Position numbers and translations under genes: made by a program. Below, in pieces: positions 37,809 to 50,500 of a stretch of DNA of 64,000 nucleotides; position 1 is the stretch's first letter; every line of letters begins with the position of its first letter. Below the pieces are notes generated by a model, which searched no databases, was not told the DNA's origin, and saw nothing but the letters and a program-made list of their open reading frames with translations. This DNA is from Macrostomum lignano (taxonomy: Eukaryota), in contig NIVC01002447.1 of assembly GCA_002269645.1 (NCBI GenBank), positions 62,001 to 126,000 on the forward strand, in the 5' to 3' direction.

Positions 37809-38791
37809 ATGTCCTTGTACGACGAACTGGAGATCGACCAGTGGGTGGAGGCAACTGCAGTCAAGAGAGCCTATCGGCGGCTAGCCCTGAAGTATCACCC
37901 GGACAAGCACCCGGACCGAGCATTCGCAGAAGAGAAATGCAAAGCCCTCAACGTCGCGTATGAAATTCTCGGTTGCCCATTTCGGCGGTGGCTGTACGAC
38001 CTGTTCGGTGAGGAGTCCGTGTCTTTCAGTGGTGCGGTGGAGTTGGCTAGACAGGTTCAGCCCCCGCCAGGCATTCCCGTGCCAGAGGACATCCTGGAAG
38101 CAATCAGGCTGGAAGAGAGGACATGCCGAGCGAGGACGAGCAGTCGGATGCAGACGCCTGCGTTGGAGACGACGAACCCGTGGAAACCGACAGTGAGTCT
38201 GCCGTCAGCGACGGTAATCGGCCGCCCGACTGGGAGGCAGAGGAGCAGGGTTTTCGTCAGTCATTTGAGCGAAGCTATGCGCCAGACAGCGGCTATTGCA
38301 TCATTATCAGTGACGACGAAACAGACCAGATCGGAGAGATGGAAACAGACGGGGAGGACCTGACGGATGTCGAGGGTTGGAAGCTGGTACCGGTAGGGGC
38401 GACGACAGTCGAGATGGAGGAGCTACCGTTACCGAGCACAACGAGATTTGTGGAGCTGCGCCGGAGTCTGAGAACGGCACTGCTGAAGGGCGAGGAGGAA
38501 GAGATCGTGAACGTGTTTGAGGAGCTGGCTGACCTGTTTAGGGTGCGGCGAGAAGAGCCGAGTCGTTATCTGACGGCGGTGACACTTCAAGTGCTTAAAT
38601 TTCTGCGCCGGGACATTTCAGTGACGTGGTCCAAGGGACGCGGTCGTCGGAGCGGTTGGAAACGCGAATGTTTAAAGCGAGCAGCGCGAGTGATGCGGAA
38701 GGTGGTGATCCCTCGGTTCGAGCTGCTAGGTGCGGGTCAGGTCCAGGCGCTGCTGCGCTGGTGTGCTCGTGTGGTGGCGTGCGAGTGCTAG
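37809..38791 (+). CDS. ORF3: J-domain (DnaJ/Hsp40) protein with acidic linker and helical C-terminal domain; one -1 frameshift near 38120 (about 327 aa if repaired)
   Basis: YDELEI...VKRAYRRLALKYHPDKHP...AEEKCKALNVAYEILGCPFRRWLYDLFGEE matches J-domain helices I-IV with HPD. ORFs 37809-38363 and 38123-38791 join by adding one G at gagagg|acatg (EERDMPSEDE). Confidence 0.85.
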
Positions 38792-39260
38792 TGGGGTGCG
38801 AGTGTGGGTGTGCTGGCGGGGTGGCAGGCAGGTGCCCTTGAGGGTTGTCAGTTGTGTTGGCTCGCGTTCTCGGAAAGGGGTGCTGTTTCGGGTCGTTGGG
38901 TAGGGGGGCAACCGAGGTGATAGGGACAAGGCGGTGGCCGGTTCCGGAGCGGAGCGAGGACGGACCCGAGGCCAGGGCGGACGCCCACGCTGCACCCGGG
39001 CCCGGGGACAGGGCCACCGTTGCGGACGAAGTTGTGCTCGGACACCACCAAGGGAGGCGATTGGACCCTGCCTGAAGTGACCGTTCTATTTGTTCTATAG
39101 TTATCGTTCTATAGCTATCTATTTGTAATTCATCGTCTCATCACTTGATTTTTGGGGCCATGCCTAGTGTCATGTTTTTTGTTCTTTAGCATTATCTTTT
39201 GTGGTGGTGGGTAATTACGGTACTACGCGTTAATTTGCGAATCGTTGGGTTTCTTTTTTT

Positions 39261-39271
39261 GGAGGGCGGGG
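39261..39271 (+). promoter_or_regulatory. Polypurine tract
   Basis: ggagggcgggg immediately before the 3' LTR. Confidence 0.85.
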
Positions 39272-40086
<815 letters not shown>

Positions 40087-41594
40087 CTAGAATATTTTTT
40101 AGTCTTTTTTAACACCTTTAGGCCATGTATTTAAAATGAGGCTTGTGTCTCTCCGGTAAAGATTTTCGTGACAGAACAAAGAGAAGGGAAAGAGAGAGAC
40201 ATTCATACCATCGCAAGCCTTTTGCATAAAAAGTTCACAGAGCCATTGTTTTTTAGTTTTAGCCAATTTGCCTTTTTTCCTATCAAAAAATTTTCAATTT
40301 CCCAGTCAGCCCCAACAGACCAAGGAATAAAAATGCAGTTTCGATTTTGATAAGCAGGTTTGGAAGTGATCAACCCAATTCGTTGGAAATGCGCCTTCTT
40401 AGATACATTTACAATAAGGGAAAAAAAGAAACAAAGAACAAAGCTCCCTCGTGGAACAAAGACCCCAAGCCCCAACTGGGGGGAAAGACGGAGGGAGAAG
40501 CATTGCCCCCGTGTCCAGTTGCTTACTTACTCACGGGGTCCGCGCAACAGACCATATATTTTTCGATAAGGGCCTGCGGTTAAAACAGTCTTCCTGCCAT
40601 AAAACTGTCTATGACAGGATGATTGAGTGTCTGAGGTAGCGGAGCACAGCCGATATCTTATCTGTATGCCCGTATAGCCCCATGAACAGATGTAGAGTTA
40701 GTTCGTCTTTAGGTTTCCATATATATATATATCTTGCTTTTGATTCTAAATACTGAATGCAGGTGGCAACAAACAACTGACACTTCGTGCAAATGAAAGG
40801 CTTCAAAAATGAAATAGCTGGAATTTTTGTCTTGTATTTGTTTTAGGAACAACAGAGAAATGAATTATTCATAACCCAGACTCAAGACGTTCAAGCTCGA
40901 AAAAATGCAGAATTGAAAACGCTAACTCTCTCCTAAAAATATAAAAATACAAATATATTTCACTTCATGAGATATTCCGTAGCAAACATAAAAGAAGAAA
41001 CATTCAAAGATAAATAATCGAAATACCTAATGCGCTAAACGGGTATTCCTAGCAAACAAATTTCCATAGCATTCAGCTCAGACAATGTGCAAAATGTGCA
41101 AAAGCACGTGGGTATTGTATGTCATTATAATGTCACCGTACAGAACACTGGCATCAGACAGCAATCGGTTTATCAATGACTGAATGTTCCCAAACAATTC
41201 CCGAGCACCTGACAGCTGCAGATTCGGCAGTAAAAGCAGAGGAGTCGGAACACTTCCTGCATTGAAGATAAGGAGGTGCGAGAGGATTGTAACCCTACTT
41301 GCTCAATCTACTTCATTTATTTTATTTAGGGTACCTTGACATTCGATTCCCCCGAATCAGCAGATCTACCCAATCTGCTAGTCTATTCCTCTCTCCATCT
41401 TCATCGCCTCTTTCCCCTAACTTTCTCTACATAATCTCACTCTCATAAAATTCCCATCTCAGAATCTCACTCTCTGACAATTGGATATATATATATATAC
41501 ATTACTCTCCCTCTACTTCTCTATCTACTGCAACGTATCAACTTATCACTCTCAGTCTACTATATTTTCGAAATAAACTGCTTCGAAATCTCAC

Positions 41595-43591
41595 CTAATA
41601 TCCATCTTCTCCAGCCAGCGGAATCACGTAGAAGAGATCAGACCTCGCACAGTCGACATGCGGCAGAAGCCAGCACTTGCGGGTCGGACTACCAGTTGCA
41701 GACTCTTCAGTCAGGCGGTAGACACCAATGCCCAAAGTCAAAGATTTGTAGGGATAAGTGTACACGTTCTCCACAGGTTGCAGGACTCTCCCCTCCGCCA
41801 CAGCTCCACTGATGTAGTCGATTAAAACGACTTTCTTACCAATATAGCAGCAGTTGTCCTGCTTCTTGTTGGAAAACTGGATCAACGTACTGCATCGTCT
41901 GTAGTTAATTCTCGAAGCAGCAGAATTTGTTTCACTGAATGGGCAGCCATGTGTCGCGTAACTTTGATGCGCCGTTTGAGTCCGCCTAGGTAATTTTCGA
42001 AGGGAAATGTCATGATGTCTGCCAGTCCTCCATAGTGCCGGACGAAGTCATCCAGGTGCAGAAGTGCATGCATATTATAGCTAATGGACACCTGCCCGAA
42101 GTAAGTGGCACATTGCTGCACGAAAACCTCAATTGAAGTCTTTGCCTGAATGAAGCGCTTTGAGTGGCGAGGTGAGGAGTACACGAAGAGTGCGTAGTGT
42201 AGCAGCATGAAATTGTCGTACAGGTAGTCAGGCAGAACGCCCTTAAAAGTACAGGTGCTAGGTACAGAACCCATTGCCTGTATTCACTGGCCTTCAAGAA
42301 CTTGAGGTCCTTGTCCAATCTCCTGGGTCTCCGCTGAAATTCTGAAGGTGTCCAGCTGGCGATCGACTCTATCCTGTCAGACAGAAGACTAATCTTTTTT
42401 GGCTTAATCTTGCAGTTCCGGCCCTCATCCTTGTCAAACAGATAAGTAAACAGTCGACGAACGGTTCCCAAAAAACAGCATGCTGAACCTCGACCGGAAA
42501 GGACTTGACAAAGTCGACATTCGGAACATTCAGCAATGGCGACAGTCTTCTATTCACCTGATTGGTTTCCTGTCCTGCGCGGCATTCTTTTGCACTTCTA
42601 GGTGCTTCGACCTTCTTAGGAAAAGTCACTCTGCCCTGAACATAAAGCCCATGGGCTCGGCAATAGCTGCACCCATCGTAAGCAGTGTGTCCTGCGATTC
42701 TACACAGGTACGATCGAGCGGGGGTGTCCACAACGAAGCAAAAGCTTTTGAACATCATATCAATCGAGTCGCATATTTTCGCCGGCTGTCTTGACAGTTC
42801 TGTGGCCTCCTTGCAGAATTCGCGAAGATAGTCGTCAAGTGGGGCTTTGCCTTTGCCAGCATAAAGTCCAATAGCAAAGGGCCTGGCGAAGACCTCGGGA
42901 ATCCTCATCAGAAGAGGCCATAGACCAAAGTTGGACGACTTAAAAGTTGGGAGGCCGTCAGAGTTCACAAAAGCATTCAAGCTGTAGACTTTATATTCGT
43001 CCGTTGAACTCAAGGGACTGGCGTTGTGAGTCTTAAGAGACCTTTCGAGAATAGCCATTTGAGATTAGAGACTATAGAAATGTACCTGAAGTACCCCTCA
43101 CCAACTTTCACCATGGACATCTTCTGCTCCTTTCCTCCGGACTTGCTTTCCTCCAGACGACTCCGAATCACGTAAGCAGACTTCGGGGCCGGTACTCCAA
43201 GCTTGTTGAGTCCTTGGCAAAGGAAGTCAATGCCCTCCCGAGGGACATTGTAGAGAACGAAGAAGACAACGAGAAGGTCGAGCAGCTTCGTTTCCATGCT
43301 CCGCTGATCTTCCACGCGGAGTTCGGAGTCGAAAATGGCCTCTTCTTGCTCTAAGCCGCTTGTCAGAGGCTCCTCTGGCAGCTCGTCAACGCAAACAGGA
43401 TGGTCCAGTGATTCAGCAGCCACGTCCTGCAGCACGTCTTCAGCCTCTTGCGACTCTACCTGGCTCACAGCATTCACAGTGCACTTAGCATTTGTATTAG
43501 CCCTGCGGTCGGTACTAAACAGAAGATCAGTCAGCTGCTCAACACGCCGCCGCTTTTGCCTGCTTGTATATATTCTATCCATAGGGGTCAA
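41595..43591 (-). pseudogene. EnSpm/CACTA transposase, split by four 1-bp frameshifts
   Basis: NSDGLPTFKSS..LWP, DTPAR..GH..GC..C, QHAV, KASEYR, YNMHALLHL..V..G.L....FPFENYLG.LK, DNCC and C-terminal YVIPL. Each junction is repaired by adding a single base. Confidence 0.9.
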
Positions 43592-43909
43592 TATGATTTT
43601 TCTATTAAAGGAATAGTCTTTGTACCAGTATTATAGTAGAAATAATAGCATTATAGCATTACATTCTGTAGTAAGAAAATGTGACAACGAAAAATTCAAA
43701 TAGAAAGAGGGGTTGACGGAGGGGAGACGGAGTTGGGGAATGTGCAGGGAGCGGCTGAGGAAGTGATCCCAAACGTGAATCCTAGGCAGCCAATGAGCAA
43801 CCTGCATCGGGGGGGGCTGAGTAATAGATCGTTGAGTTGAGTTGAGCTAAGGTATATGAATATAGTGTCCTAACTATTCAGAAGCCAAACTCAACTGAGA
43901 GTCAACGAC

Positions 43910-46166
43910 ATGATGAAATTAATCGTAATTTTCAAAAAGGACAGACAGGTTGTGGAAGTTCCTGAGACCAACGTCTTCCTTCCCAGCGAAATGGAGGGAC
44001 GGTCGCGGGAGAAGTGGTTGGAGAAAAAAGACGCCCAGGAAGCCTGGATGTGCGACGCGACCTACGAAGGTGTAGCGTACAACGCGATCATCATCCAGGT
44101 GCACCTGGAAGATCTAAACCAGTTGGTGCCGACGGACACGGAGGTCAGTATCCGCTACGTCCGGAAACTGCTGCAGAAGAGAATGAGCATACCAGACATT
44201 CTCATGAAGCTGAGGCCGCGAGTCTTCGAGCCCTCGGACGCCAAGCTAGCCCGCCGTCTGTATCAGGCACAGGTTCGTTATATAATAAACGGAAAATAAA
44301 TTCCTGTATTATCTATCTATCTATCTATATACGATCCATATACGATCCTAAAATATTTGCAAATTGCTGTCTCGATTGCACAGGGTGAGAAGTCTGAGCA
44401 GTCAAATCTCGACAGCGATGCCTTTGTAAACGGGCGCGCCACCAAAGCAACTGCAGCGGTCGAGGACTCCGACGTTGAAGAGACCTGTCGGACCAAGTCG
44501 CTCATCGATTTTCAGCGAGGCCGCGCAACTACGGAGGCGCAACTTGCCCCTGAGGACGACGGCGAGTTGCAGTCATCGGACGATGAGGATTCTCGGACGG
44601 TGGCTGTATCCGTGGCTGCAGCGGACAGCGGCGCTGATGCGTCTTGTCGGCCGGAGTCGCCGACAGGGGCTGCAGCTGCGGCGGACAGCGACGCCGACGC
44701 GTCTTGCCGGCCGAAGTCCCCGACTGTGGCAGCAGCAGCAGCAGCAGCAACTGCAGCGGGTGATGCGATGGAGTTCGAACCCCGAGCCGATCTGGCTTTC
44801 CTCAATTGGCCGGGTAACGAGGTCATCCGTCGGCTAGGAGAGAAAGCCCAGGCTGCGATGAACTGCAGCCTGACGAGTTCAGAGGGCCACAGCTTTCTGT
44901 TTCTCTGCCTGCTGCGGAAACTGACCGACGAGCACGCCACCAGGGAAAGGGAGCAGTCGGCTCTGCGTCAGGAAATGGCTGGCTTGCGAGCTGCTTACGC
45001 AAGACTATCCGCTGCCTCAGTTGCGCCGTCGTCTGCTTCAGCTGCCGCTTCGGTAGGCGAGCCGGACACGGCAGGCGAGCCGCGGACAAGATTCTGGCCA
45101 ATTTCAAGTTGGCAGGATTATGTCCACTTTGCGATATCTCCCTTGGAGAACATTCGCGAATTGGTGAGCTCATTATATGTGGTGCAATAGGGTGTGTCGA
45201 AAAGATTTGACGCTGAGGTACTCTGATTGTACTCAGGTACAATAGGAGCACACATAATCGTAGCAATTTGCTCTCCCACCTGATTCACTAGAACAGGTGG
45301 CGTTGCTGCACTGCTGCCAGGGTGCAGATTTACGCTCCTCCGTGCGGATGATGTTGGACACCGCAATGACGCCAGCCTTCCAGTGCGGGGTAACCTGACG
45401 GGACTTGGGATGCCTGCCAGGGCTCAGCGAGAAGTTCCGACCGAGCTCAGTGAGAAACAGCTCAGCGTTCGGCAGAATTTCTTGGACCTTTTTGTCGGTA
45501 AGAATCAGTATTGCCTTCGGGAAAATTTAGATAAGAAGTGCCGTATACGAATAACATATTTCACATCATCTACTTTTCTTTATATCCTACTGCAAGTAGC
45601 AATCCTTAAACAACTTTAAAGAATTAAAGAGTACCAAATTCGAATTTCATGCCGCTACTGTATTTGTAAACCATACTACTAACAAGTAGCATGAGTTTTT
45701 AGGCATGCAAAAAAACGTAAATTTGTTAATAAGGTATTACCTTACTTCATTTACCACATCAGACACTGCTAAAGGCTTCTACAAGCCACCGGAAAAGCCG
45801 CCGCAGACGCTGAAGCATGATGTCAAGGAGGCCATTAAGGCCGTTCTAAAGCACGCCAGCGATCGATCAACGCCGAGAGTGCACAGGCGTCGAACTGATG
45901 GCCACCCGGCTCGTCTTCACACCGGCACGCCTGAGCAGGCGGCAGCGGGTTCATCAATCGGTCTCGCAGAGTCGCCGGCAGCAACGGGCTGCAGACTGCT
46001 CCTGACGCCGAGACCCGAGCCGCGTCAGCGCCTCAGTCTGGTAGCTTCGCCAGCTGCTTCAGCAGACGTGCAGCAGCCACGCAGCGGGCTGCAACCGCAA
46101 GCCAAGAGGCGCCGAACAATGGTGGCAATTATTTCGGATTCTTCGGACGAAGATCCGTCCAGCTGA
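43910..46166 (+). CDS. EnSpm accessory gene, DUF4806-like, four exons, divergent from the transposase
   Basis: Exons 43910-44272, 44384-45163, 45297-45497 and 45763-46166 have GT/AG ends and consistent phases (0,0,1), given one G restored in exon 3. GADLRSSVRMML..GNLTG and VKEAIKAVLKHASDR resemble DUF4806 by eye. Confidence 0.7.
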
Positions 46167-46282
46167 AAACTTTCTTTATTATACTGAAAGTGAAATCCCC
46201 TGAACTGAAAAATGCATTACTTTACTTGATTTTACATTTGAGCTTCGCACTTTTTACTTTAATTTATGCCATGTCTTGCGTG

Positions 46283-47023
46283 TGTTGTGTCTCGGCCTAA
46301 TGGCCGCTGGACGGGTCAGGGTTCGGGCCCTCCCGCCTGAGACACCCCGGTCCCAGCCCTCTACCCCGGCTACTCCTACGACCGCCTCGCTCGGTTCGGC
46401 GAGAGTTCGCCTGACCGACCACCCTGGGATCAGCGAGTGTTCACCGGTCCCAGGTCCCTACAGATCCGGCCCCACGCGGCAACCCGAAAGAAGAAAGCAC
46501 GCGCTCACCTCTTCTTGATGTATCGAGTTATTAACGAAGCGTTAGAATTGACGAAGCGTTTATTGGCACGAAGCAGTTATTGGCACGAAGCAGTTATTGG
46601 CACGAAGCAGTTATTGGCACGCAAAGGGCAGAGGTACGCCGAAGAACGAAAAAAAACAGTAAGAACGAAGCGCGTGGAGCGCAGCCCGCTTAGGGCTAGC
46701 CTTAAAATAATACACAAAAAAGGGGGAAGGGGTGGGGCAGACTGGAGAGGGCGAGCCAAACCCTGGGGCCCAGCCGGCTTATCAGCCAGCCAGCCAATAC
46801 GCGCAGCCCCAGGGTGAGGCGGGCAACGAGAGAGAGGGTGGGGTCGGCACCCAGATTGGACAGAGGTTGGGCCGGGGGCTGGGTGCAAAGGGCTAGGCCA
46901 GGGTTGAGACTTACGCCTCTCACAAACCCTGGCCCGGGCGCGAGACGGGGGACGGGGCGGGGTGGCATGAAAACTGAAAACACAAGTACGAGTACATACG
47001 CACTGAAAGGGCGCAGCCCAACA
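46283..47023 (-). mobile_element. Solo LTR (741 bp) of a Gypsy family related to the 31556 element
   Basis: TGTTG...CAACA ends, 4-bp CGTG TSD (46279-46282 and 47024-47027), AATAAA on minus at 46559-46564. Shares cacaaaaaaggggg and agggcgagc.aaa motifs with the reverse complement of the 31556 LTR. Confidence 0.85.
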
Positions 47024-47585
47024 CGTGTCATAACTTTATGTTGCATGTTCCATAATATTAGATGCAATTTTTATTTTACTACTAAAATTATAAATACAAT
47101 CGAAAATGCTAGCTTAAATAAAACATTTACGCCTCTCATACAGGGCATACTAGTTCCATTATGTTGCTGATGTGACGTACTGGCATAAGCGATTCAACGC
47201 GTAGTAACACGGGAATGAGTGGGACAGGAGCGGGTAGCAAGGAGCGGGTAGCGAGGAGCGGGTAGCAAGGAGCGGGTAGCGAGGAGCGGGTAGCGAGCGG
47301 AAAGCGGGAATGGGAAGCAGCTAGCTAGAAATCAGATTCATGCAATTTCATCACATGCTACTAATAGTAGACTGAAAGGATTTTAAGCTAAAAATATATA
47401 TAACAGTCGCCCGGGGCGGGCCTGCCCGGTGCGCCAGGCGTGCGGACATTAATACCGCCTAAAATCCGGTCGCCCGACCAAAAACGGACGGTCGCCGGAA
47501 CGTCAGGCGGAACGTTTTTTCCCACTGGGTTGTCTACTTCTATGTCTACCCCAATTCTATATGTACATTTTCTACTTGTACAGTA

Positions 47586-50500
47586 TGTTGTGTATGAGTG
47601 TGCATATGCATGTGGGTGACACTGAAGCTTGGGCTATATGAATAGTACTGTCTATGGTATAAATACACGTTGACGGCCTAGAGAGACGGCCACGCCCTCT
47701 GAGCTTTATTTTCATCAGACTGCGCGCTATAGAAGATATAACCCTCTCGGCTTCGCGATATATAACATGGCTTCGCAAGCAGCCAGAGAAGAAGCCCACG
47801 AATAAGAAGTCAAGGCTAAGCAAGAGCAAGATTGCAGAGCTGCAATTGTTCTGGGGCGTTCCTGTAGAAATGCCTCCAAAGCCGAAAATTGACTTAAAAA
47901 GCGCTCCACACTTCGACCTCGAATCTCAGAAGGCCGTATTCCCACAATGGAAGCAGTTGTGGGAGGCTTTCGAGGAACTATCAGGCCTGAACGACATCGA
48001 GCAAGAGGCCGAGAAGAAGAAGTTCCAACTCTTCGCTTTGCGACACTGCCTGCCTGAGTCTGGAGACCCTACGAGTGGTGGACAGCTTACCTCAGCTACT
48101 AGGAAAGGATAAAGACGACGCCAAGGAGATCATCAAGGCCCTGGAAGCATTCATCACCGGGCAGAAGAACGAGATATTCGAGAGGAGGGAACTCTGGCTA
48201 CGAAATCAAGCAGAAGGTAAGAGCTTCAATGATTGGTACGTGTCCATCAAAGAAATCTCGTCCAGGTGCAACTTCGAGCGATGCTGTGACGGGTGCGCCG
48301 AATACCAGCTCAGAGACAGAATTGTCATGGGACTGCGCGACCCCAGCACTGTAGAGAAGTTGCTAGAGGAAGGCAGTGAGCTAACGCTGGAGAGAGCAAA
48401 GACCATTTGTGAGTCGATGGAGAGTTCGAGGAAAAACTGCGCCATAATGAAGGGCGAGACACCGACCGTCTCCGCTGTGCGACACGCGTCAAGCTATCGG
48501 AAGGCCAAGCGGACTGGAGCCGCGGAGAATCGACAGGCAGGAAGACCTGTTCAACAGAGCCGGGCGAAACATCCTGGTCAAGCCTGCAAGTTCTGCGGAC
48601 GAGAGCACGAGGTCGGCAAAGAGAAATGTCCGGCCTGGGGGAAGTCGTGCACAAAGTGCGGCAAGCTCAACCATTTCGCTAAGCAGTGCAGAAGTGGACA
48701 GTCAGCCAAGCACGGCGAGAGAGTCCACTCAATTTTCGCCGCAACTGGCGCACAAGGGACCTCAGCATGCTGTGTGGAGGTAAAAATTCGCACCCCTGAC
48801 GGAACAAAGACCATCGCCGCCTTACCGGACACAGGCGCTTTCATAGATGCCATCCCTGAGAGCTTGCTGCCTATAGTAGGAGCAGATATGAACAACCTAC
48901 ATCCGTCAGACATCAAACCCAAGGCAGTCGACGGCCGGCTATTAAAAGCCAAGGGCTCGATTCAGCTGCAAGTATCCATGGGTGAGACTGAGCTGCAGTG
49001 TACGTTTCACGTCCTCAGCGGAATATCCATCATGATTCTATCAAGAGAAGCGTGTCGTGATCTGGGTATCATTCCAAGAAACTTTCCAAAGCAAATCGTG
49101 GCAAGTATGAATCAGCACGATACCAACGCTGGCACAGAGGAGGACCTAAAAAAAGAGTTTTCGGACGTGTTCACCGGAAAAGTTGGCAGAAGGGCTGGTG
49201 AGATGTTCAGAATTAAACTATCAGCGGACGCAAAGCCGTTTGCCATTTCGACCCCGAGAAGAATTGCGGAACCGCTCAAGTTACAACTCAAGAAGGAACT
49301 GGAGGATCTCGAGCGAGATGGGATCATAGCAAAGGTCACAGAGCCTACGGAATGGTGTGCGCCGATCACCGTGCAGCCAAAGAAAGGCCAGAGCAAGATA
49401 AGAATGTGCGTCGACCTACGGTGCTTAAACAAATACGTCATCCGAGAGCGCTACGTCAGCCAAACGCCATTTGAAGTTGTGTCAAGTGTACACAAGGGCG
49501 CCAGGTTCTTCACAACCGTTGACGCCACGAAAGGATACCACCAAGTGCCGCTGGATGACGCGTCACAAATACTGACAACTTTTATCACACCATTCGGACG
49601 GTACAAGTTCCTACGTGCCCCCTTTGGACTGTCGTCCATATCGGAGCATTACAATAGGCGTGTGGATGAAGTGCTAGAGGGACTGAAGAGCACCTATCAT
49701 ATTGTGGACGACGTACTGCTGGCTCACGGCGACTTTGACGAGCATCGCCGTGCCGTTCGCGAGTTTCTGCAGCGATGCAGGGACCGCGGCATCAGCCTGA
49801 ATCCAGAGAAGTTTGCGTTTGCTCAGCCCAGTGTGACATTTGCCGGATTCCAGTTGGACTCGAAAGGCTACGCTATAGACCCTGCCATAGTGAAGGCGAT
49901 TCGAGACTTCCCGAAGCCAGAAAATCTGACCGACCTCAGAGCGTTCTTCGGACTAGTGAATCAGATTGGGTTCTGTAGTGACAAGATAGCTTCCCTCGGT
50001 GAGCCGTTGAGAGAGTTGTTGAAACCGAGGAATGAGTTCATGTGGAGCTGCGAACACGAAAAAGCATTTGACAGCATGCGGAAAGAACTAAGCAATGTTC
50101 CTACAATGGCCTACTATGACCACACGAGGCAGACAGCACTGCACACGGATGCGTCTCGACTGAAGGGGCTTGGATTCGTGCTCAAGCAAAAGCAAAACAA
50201 TGGCATTTGGAAACAAGCAGGCTCGCGGTTCATTTCGGAGACAGAGAGGTGATACGCCATGATTGAACTGGAGCTGTTGGCAGTCGTATGGGCGGCAAAG
50301 AAATGTCGTCTGTTCCTCGAAGGACTGCAGAATTTTGAGATAATCATCGACCACAAGCCGTTGGAGCCGATTTTAAATAGATACACCTTGGATCAGATCG
50401 AGAATCCGAGGCTTCAGAGGTTGCGACAGAAACTGGATTGCTTTCAGTACACGGCTCGATGGGTGAAAGGCAGTGACCACAAAGCCGCCGATGCTTTGTC

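Noticed and set aside
38845-39075. Short ORF after ORF3 as a possible fourth gene
   Set aside because: Non-ATG start, no recognisable motif and no clear frame link to ORF3.
40609-40806. KPKDELTL.. segment as the missing Tc1 C-terminal exon
   Set aside because: It is on the opposite strand and the similarity is too weak.
41150-41314. Cys-containing minus-strand segment (YLQCRKC...RCSG.VWEH) as a zinc-finger exon
   Set aside because: It ends in a stop and I could not build a consistent gene model.
47748-47780. ggcttcgc repeated on both sides of the Mag 5' LTR end as evidence of self-priming
   Set aside because: It is a direct repeat, not a complement; the priming tRNA could not be assigned.
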